A stretch of DNA of 60,598 nt, counting the filler, from Squatina squatina (Eukaryota): NCBI GenBank assembly GCA_031763465.1. It is 4 parts of 4 records of this genome, joined end to end, with 100 filler letters (N's around TTAATTAATTAA, not from the genome) between each part and the next. Parts side by side here need not be neighbours in the genome. Positions count along the whole stretch, not along the records: positions 32,373 to 47,075 come from JARFOE010000016.1; 3 more parts are not named here. One strand, written 5' to 3'. The position numbers and the translations under genes were made by a program. Position 1 is the first letter of the stretch, and each line of letters opens with the position of its first letter. Under the pieces are notes generated by a model that saw nothing but the letters and a program-made list of their open reading frames with translations, made no database searches and had not been told where the DNA came from. Of the stretch, positions 33,164 through 47,075 are shown one piece after another.

Positions 33164-33322
33164 AAAATTAAGAAGCTTACAACACCCAGTCCGGACCTGC
33201 GACGAAGAGGATTGGGATCACTTAATGTGGACACATGCTGCAGCACAATTAATGACTGTGATGGTAAACTTAAAGGCGATGGAGTCATTCCTACCATCAC
33301 AGAGAAAGAGACGCACTTCTGA
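33164..33322 (+). CDS. SLC6A11: GABA transporter 3 (GAT-3), last coding exon
   Basis: catttcag|[52 protein letters not shown]; KLTTPS.DL, NDCD.KLK.DG and ITEKETHF are diagnostic. Confidence 0.92.
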   Translation, partial: KIKKLTTPSPDLRRRGLGSLNVDTCCSTINDCDGKLKGDGVIPTITEKETHF

Positions 33323-36300
33323 GCAAATTCCCCGGTCTGTTTTGTAAAAAAAAAAGCAAAAATGACATCACTTAATTATAGAGGCCTGCTTGTTTTGCAC
33401 AAACTTTATTAATGTGTTAATTCAAAATTAAGCATTATATACTTAAAAAAAATATTACAACAGTAGTTCTAAAGGTTTGAGTCAAAATGAGGAGGTATGT
33501 TTTCCTACTGGGTGAGCTCGTTGGTGTGTGCCCACAGGCTCAGGTATGTAACCCTAATATTGAGTACTCTTGTAAATAATTATCATTACATTTAGGAAAA
33601 GATGTTTTTTCTGTAGCTAGTCATAATATGCCATATATAGGAGATGAAGTATTCACATCACATTAAAAACATTGTTCACATTCATAAACTTAATACTACT
33701 TTAAGTTACAAATGAAGCTCTTTCAGATGAATATTTTTTATTTAATGTAACCTTCAATCTGAATTCAAAACCAGACACACAAACCATTTGTATTTGAGCT
33801 ACAGGCACAGCAGTGGATGAGCCAAGACCCTCCAGGAGGCCAGTTGTGACTGAGCCTGATCACGAGCTCCTGCAAGTTCTATGCATAACCCACTGTACAA
33901 TCCCTGCCCCTCACGCACACTGTTGAGCCCGATATTCTGCAGTACAAGCAGGGCCCTGATTGCCTTGTGCTGTAGTGTTGGGGTATTTCATTGCTACTAG
34001 TTGACAGCAGGCCCTCATCATGCTGAACACCAAGCACCTTGTCAGGATGATTCCAACCACGAATAGGGACTGAGAGAGTGAGTGCCAAATAGAAAGGACC
34101 AATGATCCCTGGTCTAGTGATGTGAATAGCGTGTGGGCTCCACAGCAGGAAAACCTACCCACACACACTTTACGGTTGAGCCCCACTGATAAACGGCAGC
34201 GGAGTTCCCTCCTCCTGAAGTGATGGTAATTCTGGAAGTTCAGGCGTTAACTGTGCATTCAGGTCCCACCCTTCGGATCTCTCAGAGACAGAAAACACTG
34301 GCATGCTCGCAGCCTCCCTTCCCACTTGGACCTGTGAAGTTGAAATCGATGGAGGCTTTGTACCATTTTACCTGCCCAACCATCACCGCCAACGGTCTCT
34401 GGCTGGAATCCCAACCATCATCCAGAAACTGCAGATTTGTTCACATTGGCAGAGACACAAAGATCTCCAGACCCACTCAACCCCACCAGCCACAAGAAGC
34501 TTCCTCGCAATCTCGCTCAAAGGAGGGGTGGGTGACCTTATGGCCAGCACTGTGCACCAGCTCGAAAGTGTTCAATAAACAATCGATGCCCAGTTTGTGG
34601 AGCAAGTCTCCATTTGTGCTCCCTACTCTCCCACTGCCTCACATTGAAAGGCTGCAGATTATTGTCCAAACTGCTCCCAGCACTACATCTACTTTTATTC
34701 TATGTTCCCAGAGTGTCCAATTTGCACATTCATTTTTCCCCTCTGATTTTTAATTAGAATGTCAGCTGTCCATTAGGCACTTGGACAAATGAGTACATCA
34801 ACTTATACTAAAGGGCTACTCATATTGTTCTGTTAGCCCAAAATCAAAGTGATTGATATATGGATTAATTGTTTTTGCTCATCATTCTAAATCTTTGCTA
34901 TACACTAAACTTCAAACAATAGGTTATATTTTCCCTCTGGTATATTAATGAAATACAATCTTTCTGTGAGGACCTAATACTAATTAAACTTTCACCACAC
35001 CTCCTGTAGCGCTGATTTTTAAAATCTTTTAATTATGCTCTGAAACAAGGTTTTGCTCTCACTTCAATTTTCACACTCAAATAATGCTTGGACATGTTGT
35101 AAAAGTATCTTCCAAATCCTATTTTCCATTTTTAGGGCTTTTAACACCACAGTCCTGCTTTTAAAGACTTGTGGATCAATGTATTGTTACACAAAGAAAA
35201 GGGGCTTTGTTAATGAAAACGCAGAGTGTTATATAATAATGGATATGATACTAGTTAAGTCTGACAGATACAAGGTTCGATTGCATTCAGGGGTCAGGGT
35301 GCAATGTCAATGCTTTCTCTCTTCGGAAATTCTATTTGTGGTCATTCNNNNNNNNNNNNNNNNNNNNNNNNNNNNNNNNNNNNNNNNNNNNNNNNNNNNN
35401 NNNNNNNNNNNNNNNNNNNNNNNNNNNNNNNNNNNNNNNNNNNNNNNCTGGGTTTGCACAGCTTTTCCCCAAATTCATGGTGGACAATTGAAGGAACCCC
35501 TGTGGAAATGTACCCTGATAGACTTTAGAAAGTTTTGGGCTGAAATAGTAGCAGGATCATATTAGTGAGATCATTTTGTGGCTCATCTTCTGTGTGTTGC
35601 ACATGAACATTTTTGGTGCTCCTTTGACTGTTTTCATCCTCAGCTCCACATGCACTGTCTCAAACTGGAGCTGATCGGCTTCAAGGGACTCCAGCAATGC
35701 TGTGCCTCATTTGGTTGCTCAAAAATGTCTTTGACAGAATATCTTCTCATCTGTTTTGGGTTCATAAACACACAAAGAGCCACTTAAATTGCAAATCAGA
35801 TGAATATGGAACTATTTGCATGAATGTTTTTGTAAACTGATTTTTCTTTGTTCAGAATGTGGCGAGCTTTGTTCATGTGCAGCCCTGCGCATGCATCTGC
35901 AATTTATATGCAAATGACAAGTTACAAGTTACAAGTTACTGTTAATCACTGTCTAAAGCTTTTAAATGAAAGTGAAAGCATCGCTGCTATTGTGTTGGTG
36001 CAATGGGGTATGAACATTGATGTAATCAAAGCAGCATGCCTGCCTCCCTGCTATGCACTTGGTACACATTTCCAATCTCGACTGCAGCAACTTTTGTTTT
36101 ACAATTTATCAGGTGAGTGAAGAGTCAAGTTACTTTAATGTTTATTTCAACTGTTTATTGTGCTGTATGTACAACACAATGACTGGTATTGTAAATCAAA
36201 ATAAATGATCTGTGGGAGTATTTCATTATCATTTTTCTTTTGTATTGCCCAGCCCTTTATGTTTTGAAATGTTTCTGAAAGACTTCTGTACTTAACTAAA

Positions 36301-36439
36301 TCAGTCATTCCTTTTTATTTTCATTGCTGAGCACATGGATGGATGACATTATATTGGGAACTGTGGCAGACAAAAATGAGGAGATCTAATAACTGACGAG
36401 CGAATTAGAGTGGACTGAACTCGCACACCATACTTTCAG

Positions 36440-36975
36440 AGGAAGCCTGCTGTGACAAGTGCTGCTCCCGAGGGGTCTGTTCTGGGTCCTCAACTTTTCA
36501 CCATATTTATTAATGACTTGGATGAAGAAATAGAGTGTTGCATGTTCAAGTGTTCAGGTGACATCAAGTTAGAAGGGACACGGTAAGTCGTGCAAATGAG
36601 AGCAGGAATTTGCAAAGGGACACAGACAGATTAAGTGGGTGGGCAAAACTATGGCAAATGGAGTCCACTGTGGGCAAATGTGAGATCATCCAGTTTGGAC
36701 CCGAGAAAAATAATCGGGAGTATTTCCTAAATGGTGACAAATTAGGAACTGTAGAGGAGCAAAGAGATGTGGGACTCCGTGCACAAGTCATTAAAAGCTA
36801 GTAGGCAGGTAGAAAAAGCAATCAAAAAGGTGAATGGAATGTTAGCTTTTAACTCAAATACAAAAGGGAGAAAATTATTCTTCAGTTGTATGGAGCCTTG
36901 ATCAGATTGCATCTGGAGTACCCTGTTCAGTTTGGGCACTGCACCACAGGAAGAGTATATTGGCCTTGGAGGGAG
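36440..36975 (+). mobile_element. CR1-type LINE RT / C-terminal fragment
   Basis: Encodes GSVLGPQLFTIFINDLDE...LQRDTDRLSGWAKLWQME...KCEIIQFG...YFLNGDKLGTVEEQRD. Confidence 0.85.
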
Positions 36976-38104
36976 TGAATCATAGAATGGTTACAGCACG
37001 GAAGAAGGCCATTCGNNNNNNNNNNNNNNNNNNNNNNNNNNNNNNNNNNNNNNNNNNNNNNNNNNNNNNNNNNNNNNNNNNNNNNNNNNNNNNNNNNNNN
37101 NNNNNNNNNNNNNNNTTATCTTTTCAATCCATTGGTTACAACAATGATCATCAATCTCAAAGAGCCTATATGGATGATAGATGCAAGAAATGCCAGATTT
37201 AGCAGTGCACACATTTCTGATTTTAGGATTAAGGCTTATTATTGGGACAGATAACATTGCATCTGGCCAGTGTTATCCTTTTTTTTTAGCAGTCAACAAA
37301 GATTTAGCAAAAGATATTTTAAGCCAATGCTAGAGATATGTTTGTTTAGTCTAAATAGGGAGGAGTGGAAACAAGCAAAGGCAGTCCTATACAGCTGCAC
37401 AATGGAGGAGAAAAATTGGAGAAGGATGACCATATCAAATGCTGTGGTCAAACCACTGTCACAGTCACCTTTGCGGTATCTGCTAGATCAATTTTGATGC
37501 TGGGGGATGGGCAGGAACTAAACTGGAGGGAATTGAACAGGGAGTTACAGGAAATATGCGCTCACGGAGCTAAGAGGCAATGATATGCCCAAGAATCTTA
37601 GAGAGGAAAGGGAGGTTGAAGATGCAGAAATTGTTACAGAGGACAGATGGATCATGGATATTTTTGAGTTGGGACTAATAACATCAGTTCTGCATTGGAG
37701 AGGGATGCTATCAGATGAAAGGAAGTGTTGATTGATATTGTGCTGGAAGGAGTAGTTGAGTGATATGGAATAAGAAAAGGCAAATCATCTTGCACTGTCA
37801 TTTCATTCAGATTCTTTTTCAAGATCTTCACAAATAATTTTTTTCTTTCTATTCCTCTCGCATCAAGTCCATACTCCCTGTAGAGCCAAGATTTCATTTT
37901 GAATGCTTCTGATCAATCATCAGTCACCATTCACTGCACTAAGTGCCAGTCTTTCAAAAGTTAACAACTCTGAACTGAAGTGTGAATAACCACATTGATT
38001 CATTTCTAAATGCATCTATTTCCCATTTCTATTGGCAATATCTCCATTGTAAAGTCACCACCCAATTACAGAAGTTTGTCGTGTCACCTCTGTCTTGTCA
38101 TTTA

Positions 38105-38374
38105 GGGGACCCAATTGGTTAGCACCACGTTGGCAATGTTAGCTGCCAAAAAAAGGATTTATTAGCGCCAGTTTCAGGGGCCTGCAAAATACTGAGGCAT
38201 TGGTCTCTTGGAAAAAAAATTCAGTGGTGGTACTAATGAGGGCACTAATCAGCTCAGCTGTGGCTGTAACAGGGAGAAATAGTCTGAACTAGGCCAATTC
38301 CACGAGCTTTGTATTTGGTGCTGGTTATTTTCAAGACCACTCCAGCCCTTAAAGTCAATGTTCAGACTCACTTT
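38105..38374. mobile_element. PIF/Harbinger-family element end
   Basis: TTA|GGGGACCCAATTGG matches the termini at 40077 and 42466. Confidence 0.45.
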
Positions 38375-40076
38375 NNNNNNNNNNNNNNNNNNNNNNNNNN
38401 NNNNNNNNNNNNNNNNNNNNNNNNNNNNNNNNNNNNNNNNNNNNNNNNNNNNNNNNNNNNNNNNNNNNNNNNNNCATATAGCATTAAATGCTATTTAACA
38501 TGATTTTTGCCTGTTCCTTTTGAAACTATTAAGTCTTTGAGCATACTTATTTTGCAAGCAAAGTTTTAAAATCATATTCCTCCTCCCCTGCAGCGCTGCT
38601 GATGGATGATGACTGATGGTAATTGTCTTTTTCAAAATAATTTTGCGTGACTAATCAGTATAATGATGGCAGCAGCTGTGACTCCTAATGAAGTTACAAA
38701 CTGTCAGTCGAAAGCTGATAATTGTTCTGTGGAGAAGCTTCGTTAATTATGGTAATCACTACTGACACGCTCATATTATTCTTTGCATAGACATGGCTAG
38801 AGATTCAAATGAAAAGCTGTCACTTGCCAAACATTTTACCTGTTTATTGCACAAGTCCTTTGCACACAAAACATCTAAATGCCTTTAGACCTTGGGCCAG
38901 ACTTTGTTGGAGCAGGACCTCTCCATTGGCTAGATGTGTTCCTGCACAATTTTTTTTAAATTTTGGGGACCACAGAGTTACTGGAAGTGCAAGCCGATAA
39001 CGGTGCAGCGAGGGCAACAGGACATCTGAGACCCTGGGGAACAATGGGAAAACCAGTGTATCTCCTTAACCAATGAGATTAAAGGATTGAGAAATAAGCA
39101 GAGGAATCACTGAGAAGGAGGTGAACTAGACTGGGTGAATTCAATTTCAAACCAGGTACAGAAAGAGAAATAAAGAGGGAAAGAAAGATTGGATTAAGTG
39201 AGATAAAAGAGACAGAAAGGAAAATTAAGGAAAAAATTAAAACATTTTAAAATTTGACCTTTTTAAAATCTCCTAAAACAATTCACAACCTGAAGGATTG
39301 AGACGCCACACTTATAATTGTTCACTTTCTGGGCAAGAGAGTTTANNNNNNNNNNNNNNNNNNNNNNNNNNNNNNNNNNNNNNNNNNNNNNNNNNNNNNN
39401 NNNNNNNNNNNNNNNNNNNNNNNNNNNNNNNNNNNNNNNNNNNNNAAAACTCTTCATTATTTTAACAACCCAATCAGTTCCACAATATAATGAAGTATCA
39501 TGAGTGGAATTTATATCCTCACGATAGCAGTAGCACAAACAAAACCTTTACAGCTAAGCTGTGGCCAGCTTTTGACTTTCTCCTCTAATCAAGCACTGAT
39601 AGAATGGCTCTGGGAAGGCAGTGTTGATTAATAGAAAGACAGATCAACACCATTGCTGCAGGAACATACAATTTTCCCCTGTCAGCGATGTTGTACCAGG
39701 AGCGGAGATAAGGTCAGATAGAAAGTGGCCTTATCTCTGCAAACACTAAAGGCAGCTTTTGAGTCATTGTAACCATGACTACATGCCATCTTCAGCTGGA
39801 TGGTAATCCAGCTATGCATGAATACATTTTGTAAATGTTACTTGCAGAAACCACAGCGAACATAGAACTTGGGTACCATTACACCCTGTTGCTTACCAGG
39901 GGCAGCTAAAGAATTTGGCCACCACAACATGTCTGCTCCGTGGATACGAAAATATTTTTATTCTCGCCAGGGAGTGAAAAATTAATTTTGTTGTGTGGTT
40001 GCTGATTCACCGTTAACTCAACCCACAATAATCCAACACTGGAAAAAAAAATCACACTCTTGTGTGAAAATATTTA

Positions 40077-40509
40077 GGGGCCCCAATTGGTCTGCACTGT
40101 GTTTGTAACGTAAGGGGACCAAAAGGCATGGTGTTCTCGCCCGTTTTACGCTGATGCGTTATTTCACGGTATTGAGCTCTTGAAAAGAAAATTTCAGGCG
40201 GCCTAGAAAATGGCCTCGAAATCAGTGCTAATGGGTGCAGGATCGGCGCTAACTGAGCTTCACCGGTCCAATTTGCCAATGAATCCAAGCAGAGCTCTAC
40301 TTTTGACAAGTGCTTGATTTTTTACTGCACAATTATGGCAGCTGAGCCCCAGAGGTGGAGGGCCCCCAAGTTTTCGGATCCTGCCCTACTAAAGCTGGTG
40401 GCTGCGGTGGACAGGAGGGCGGACAGGCTGTTTGCACCTGCTGGCAGAAGTGGCACTGCCAGAATGGTCAGACGCACGTGGAGGGAGATTGCCAATGAGA
40501 TGTCGGTCT
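40077..40509 (+). mobile_element. PIF/Harbinger left end with the start of the Myb/SANT DNA-binding gene (ATG 40335)
   Basis: TTA|GGGGCCCCAATTG terminus; encodes MAAEPQRWRAPKFSDPALLKLVAAVDRRADRLF...RRTWREIANEMS, Myb/SANT-like. Confidence 0.75.
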
Positions 40510-41791
40510 NNNNNNNNNNNNNNNNNNNNNNNNNNNNNNNNNNNNNNNNNNNNNNNNNNNNNNNNNNNNNNNNNNNNNNNNNNNNNNNNNNNNNNNNNNN
40601 NNNNNNNNNAATGTCAAACATGGTGTAAAATATACCATAAGTATAAATTAGTCTAACATGTCCCAACTATAGGGTGGAATTATTTTAGATGTGATGAAAA
40701 TAGCAGAAAAACGATAGCCTCCAAATTGCTGTTTGTGATATTAGCATATGAAACCTTTTCAAATCCATATGATGTTCCTTTGCCCATTATTTTAACCAAG
40801 ACTTTGAAATAGACAAGTTAACATTCCATAAAAAATATCTGACAAAGAAATGTTACACACCAATATCTTGAACAGTCATTTCCAGGCTTACATTTTGAAC
40901 ACACAGAAAGATGAGCCACAGAAAACCTGAAATGAACACTGGTTTTGCCTCTGCAGATACATTTACATACGTGGCACAGTCTAGCAGCACAATATGTGCA
41001 TTCTAGGTTGCAGCACAGTTGTGGAGATTCACATCCTTCCAACCAGCTGGACATTTTTTTAGGATTGCTGATGAGCCTGCAGATGAGTTGGTCTGTGAGT
41101 GTGCTCAGGTTGCCAATGAGGGAGCGCTGCGTGATATCCTAAGGTTTTTACAATACTTATTGCAATCACAGCCTTATTAAGATACTGTTATCCGCAACTT
41201 TACAAAGCAAAGTTGTGATTATAGTCACATCTCTTAACGTCTTCCAGCCTATCTATTAGATTAACCACAGTGGTTGCCAGAACCGTTATTTTGAGATTCA
41301 ACGTGCTTTTTTATACTTAGCATGTATAATATTGTGAAACTGTAGGAAGAAATATTAGGAATATAAGTAGGTCAATGTAAAAATTATTTAACATATTATT
41401 TTAGAAGCACATTAAAATCTGCAAAGAGATTTTCAAATACACTCTGCATGCTTTAAGCTATTTCCATAGCAACAAATTATGCATTTCCCAAGGAAAGAAA
41501 GTATCTTTCTGAAATGCTAATACCATCAGTATCTGAGATGGCACGCTGATGGTTCGAACAGAGTTTTATAACTTCTGAAGTCTGGGTCAGTATTCAGGCC
41601 AGGCAGAGGTTCTTTGCTTATTGCAAGAGGCCTATATGAAATGAGTTTGGAAATCACAACCAGCACCTAGAGCAAATTGTGCAAAGCGCACNNNNNNNNN
41701 NNNNNNNNNNNNNNNNNNNNNNNNNNNNNNNNNNNNNNNNNNNNNNNNNNNNNNNNNNNNNNNNNNNNNNNNNNNNNNNNNNNNNNNNNNN

Positions 41792-42466
41792 CTCCTGTTG
41801 TCCCTCCTGCGCCTTCTCCCTCCATTCGCAGGATGTTGCTGAGCATCTTGCTGTGCAGGGCCATGTGGGTGAGCATTGTCAGCCTGTGCATGGCCAGCTC
41901 CCTGTGCCTCACCCATTGCAGCATTCTGCAGTCGACTCATGTCCCTCCGTTGCTGCCGACGCCTCTGCTTTCGTCTCAGATACCAGAGGTGGTGCTGATG
42001 CAGCAGCCAGTCAATGGCCAATGCTATCAACTCCCCCTTTACTTGCTCACTCTTACTATGTCCGAAGTCCGGTGCACAAATGAGCAATTATATGTCAGTT
42101 TCGGGTCAAACACCCCAAAATGTCTGAAATCAAGATGGCGCCCATGACGCTCACTTTATATAGGGGTGCGCTGCCTGCAACCGGCGATTTTACGGCAGTC
42201 CTAGCGCCCCCCTTTTACTTCAGGGCACTGACCAATTCGCTTCAACGTGGAAAAAACTCGGTGTGGTGCACAGTGATGACGTCACAATCACCATGCACCG
42301 TCGCTAATCATGCCCCCAGCGGTGAAGGCCAAAAACATCTTTAACTTGAAAAAATCGGCTCGTTAATTCCGCAATTGGCGATTACAGTGCTACCAGCGGG
42401 CGCAAATGCCTTAGCGCCAAGTTTGCGCTGATTTTTCACGATTTCAAGGACATCAATTGGGACCCC
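41792..42466 (-). mobile_element. PIF/Harbinger right end with a HARBI1-like transposase N-terminus
   Basis: Ends CAATTGGGACCCC, an inverted match to 40077; the minus-strand ORF has the hydrophobic then Arg-rich leader seen before HARBI1-type nucleases. Confidence 0.6.
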
Positions 42467-44579
42467 TGTGTTTACCTACATAACAAACTTCAAAGTAATT
42501 CACTGCCTGTTAAATGATTTGAAATATATCTGAAAGATGCCTTAAGGTGCTACATAAATGCAAGACTTTCATTTCTATATTCATACATAGTTTCACACAT
42601 CTTTAACATGCCAGCTCGTATTTACAAATTTTATAATCCTGATAACTAAACATCAAATACCTACAATTCCTTTATCATGCCAGGAAAAAAACAGAAATGT
42701 TGAGAGCAAAGCTGAACTATCACAGTAGCTGTTTTGGTAATTATATTTTAAATTAATTTACTTGGCTTAGCAGTTACTATTACAACACGACAGTTGTCAA
42801 CATAAGTGGAATCATCGATGGCAATTAATTCCTTTCAGATCCTTAGTTTTTCAGCTGCAGAATTTTAAAATTTTTATCTACTCATTTTTTTCATTACTTT
42901 TTTTNNNNNNNNNNNNNNNNNNNNNNNNNNNNNNNNNNNNNNNNNNNNNNNNNNNNNNNNNNNNNNNNNNNNNNNNNNNNNNNNNNNNNNNNNNNNNNNN
43001 NNNNCCAATCCTCTAACCATGCCAATAAATTACCTCCAATCTTGCCTTTTATCTTGCAACCTTTTGTGAGGTACCTTGTCGAACCCAATTCCTGTGCCTT
43101 TCTGCTTTCAGATAATCAACAAGCTCACGAGCAACTTGTCCCCGATGTCATAGAAGAGAGCAAAGGCAAAGAAAAAGAGGAGGAAGAAGACATTTTTTAC
43201 TGGGTCTTCCTGGACACCAGTCTTTATAAATGTGGCAGTTTTATAATGGGCTTGTTGCTGGCTATGTGTTTGGAACTGCAATTTGGAAACCGATGGTGCA
43301 AACACCACACTGACACCAACATAAGAAACTATTCTCTGTCTCTGTCTCTGTGTGTATTTGTGGTTCTCTGCGTGTGTCTCTCAGTATCACTGAGCTGAAC
43401 TTTTACCTAGACTGACATAAATTCAGGATGTAGCTCAAACACGGTTGAAAGGAGCTCTGTATTTGCATTTTGCCAAGAAAACTATGTTTTCCACTCTGAG
43501 CGCTCAACATAGCCTTGCACCGACAACGCTCATACAATTAGTTCTTGTAGCATGCTAAACAACGTGTTAATGATGCCCAGGCTCATTTGAATTCTCTGCT
43601 ACAGTGAAGTGCTCCACAAAATCCATGGGAAATTGGCAGCGGAAACAGAGCAAAGCAGAGACAGACAGTACAAAGCCAGATTCAGGAGGCAAGGATTGAC
43701 AGTTGAAGCCTGACACAATACAGGGAAACATTTCTGGAACTAACACAAAGGCCCCCCCAGAGAACAGTGAAAGAGAGGACCTGGGAGAAGACTGCTTCCA
43801 GAAACAGTATTATCAATTCCTAGGCAGAGGTTGACTTGTTAGGTAGGGTCTAGTGCTGCCTACAGAGATGAGAAGAAGCAGCTGATCAGGAGCAAGCAAG
43901 AGAGAAACAGGGAGTGCACCAGCCATCATTAGTCTGACCTGTTTCTATGCCAAAGTGGCTTGTGGCAGTAGGATATGATAATCATCAACAAGCAGAAGGT
44001 CAGAAATACATGTCTGTTAAAATTAGCTGCTCCTTTTTTAATGTAAGTACAATCAGTTAGAAAATTAGATACAAATACACAACAGAATTGTTCTATGCAA
44101 TTTAATGAGTGATGCTTTTTCCAATACAGCCAGTGCCACAGTTTAGGAAGCAATTGATCACAGTGTCCAGACGGTGAACTCATTTGAGTAAGTCAATACC
44201 AACTTCAACCCTTACCACAATATGTAGTAAATAGTTAAAGGTTCACAATTGTCACGTTCTAATTTGTTGCCACCGAAGTGGAGTGAAAAATGAAATTTTA
44301 ATAAATGGACAGAAACTGGGCAACTTTACCAGAAACATCTGAAAATAAAGAACATGAAAAGGCCATTCATCTCATTGACACCTCTCCTACTGACAGACCA
44401 TGCACATTTTGCACCATCGAGGACTGTTCCCGATTTATTTAATCTCCTGAGGTAAAGTACGACAAAGCTTTGTTCTGCCCCAAATCAAGGAAAACTCTCG
44501 AGTATACTGAACCACACAAAATATTCAGCTTTGGTTGCTTTCTACAGCACATTTCTATAAATGACCACAGCTCAATAAC

Positions 44580-45430
44580 TATCCCGGAAATACTGAAGAA
44601 CCACGTGAGAATGAGGAACTGAAAGCAATTAGTATTAGTAAAAAAAATAGTACTGAAGAAACTAATGGTACTGAATGCTGATAAACCTCAAGGACCTGAT
44701 GATCTACATCCTTGGGCTTTGAAAGAGGTGGCTAGAGAGATAGTGGATACATTGGTTGTCATCTTCCAAAATTCTATAGATTCAAGAATAGTTCCTGCGG
44801 ATTGGAAGTCAGCAAATGTAACCCCATTATTTAAGAAAGGAGGGAGAGAGAGAACTGGGAACTACAGACCTGTTAGCCTGACATCAGTGGTAGGGAAAAT
44901 GCTAGAATCTATCATTAATGACATGGCAACAGGGCACTTAGAAAAGAATAATAGAGTTGGGCAGAGTCAACTTGGATTTATGAAAGGGAAATCATGTTTG
45001 ACATCTGTTACTTTTTTGAGGTAACAAGCATAAGAGATAAAGGGGAACCAGTGGATGTGGTGTATTTGGATTTTCAGAAGATACTCTAATGTGCCACACA
45101 AGAGGTTGTCAAAGTTAGTGCTCATGGAATTGGGGGTAATATACCAGCATGGATTGAGGACAGAAAACAGAGAGTTGGAATAAACGGGTCATTTCCGGGT
45201 TGGCAGGCTGTAACTAGTGTGACGCGAGGATCAGTGCTTGGGCCCCAGCTATTCGCAATCTATGTCAATGATTAAGATGAGGAGACCAAATGTAATATAT
45301 CCAAGTTTGCTGATGACAGAACTAGGTGGGAATGTAAGTTTTGTTGAGGATGCAAAGAGGCTTCAAGGGGATATGGACAGGCTCAGTGAGTGGGCAAGAA
45401 GAACATGGCAAATGGAAAATAATGTGGAGA
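44580..45430 (+). mobile_element. CR1-type LINE ORF2 (RT) fragment, decayed
   Basis: Encodes DKPQGPDDLHP.ALKE...VPADWKSANVTPLFKKG....GNYRPVSLTSVVGKMLESII...GFMKGKSCLT. Confidence 0.9.
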
Positions 45431-47075
45431 AATATAGAAACATAGAAAATAGGTGCAGGAGTAGGCCATTAGGCCCTTCGAGCCTGCACCGCCATTCAAT
45501 ATGNNNNNNNNNNNNNNNNNNNNNNNNNNNNNNNNNNNNNNNNNNNNNNNNNNNNNNNNNNNNNNNNNNNNNNNNNNNNNNNNNNNNNNNNNNNNNNNNN
45601 NNNCTGACGTGAATATTTAAAAATGTACATGTTTATGTTTTATTAATGCAAAGCATGGTACTGGTGATTATATTTCATCTTTTTAAAAATAAAATTACTT
45701 TTAAACTTCACGATTGTGCTGATGCTATTTTAGAATTACATACTTTATTGGGCATGCTGCTTTATTGGAAGCTGCCAGTTGATAAAACTGAACAAACAGC
45801 AAATTCAAATTTATTTACTGCAGAGAGACAGATTACACTCTACTTCCATCAAAAGATTGTGATCCAAACTTTTCTATGTTTAAACTGGAATGAATGTATT
45901 CCAAAAGTACAGAATTAAGAAATGCTGTCCAAGAACAGAGATTATATGTTTTATGTTTCTGTTGATCAAGGCACATTTACTTAGACTATCAACTAATTTA
46001 AAATGAAGCGTTTAGATTTTCACTGTACGCAGGTGGAACTTCAATAATGTTATTCTATTCCATTATTCTGATTTATTTATATACAGTATAAACATTTTTG
46101 AGAGAGCACTGATTTTCACATAGTATGTCCGTGTTTAATGGTGGCTGCAATGACATAAAACCACACACCAGATGAAGCTGTTGGAACGGAGATGCTGTAC
46201 TGTTTGCAGTACCACCTAGTGGCAAGGACAGCTCATAGACTTCCCATTCACTGAAGGAAATTCTGGGCGCCTCAGTGATCTTGGACACTGAATTCAATTC
46301 TACTTTTTACTGTTCAAATTTGGCAAAATTTGAATTCCTTACAGTTTTACTACAAAATAAAAATGGATGACAAGAATCTTTGTACATATTTGTAATTGAA
46401 ATTGTGAACAGTTGTTACAAATAACATGTAAAAAATATTCAAATATAGTTGAATATTTAAAAATTATGCTATTTAAACAAATTTGAATTGTATGATTTAA
46501 TGTGTAAGAAGCATTTCACACTACGCTAATTAAAAACAAGCTGCTTATGTTATGTACTTCACTACAGAATTACATTTACAGAGCTGCTAGATTTAGCCAG
46601 AGATGTATCCTGCCACTTGAAATATTCTCTGCAAGTCTAATGGTTTAGGGGGAAAATCACCAAGAATGCCTTTACTGATTGTGTCTGACAGGTGCAGACA
46701 TATCCAAGCCTTGCATCAACCACACATCAGTACTGAACAGTTTTCTGTTGCTATGGGTAACACTGCTGATTAGCCCCTGCTGTGTTCCTGCTACAATTTC
46801 TAGAATGAAGTGCTGTACTAAAAATCACATTCCTTAGTAAAATCAATGTTTTATCTTAGTAAAATCAGTGTGTCAACAGTAGTTCAAGTTAGACTGTCTA
46901 AATATGTCAGTGTGAAGAACTGTTCTATTCTCAATGCAAGCTTCCATTGAAGACTGCGCTGTGTAACAGTCTAAATAAATCCATGCCCAGTGCACAGACT
47001 GAGAAGGTTCCTCATTAGATAAGAAGAAACACGATTGGCAGATGGCAAATGCAGCAGTGTGGTCAACATTTAATA

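Noticed and set aside
34220-34753. 177-aa ORF downstream of SLC6A11
   Set aside because: It has a non-ATG start and no recognisable domain, and is probably a decayed repeat or chance ORF.
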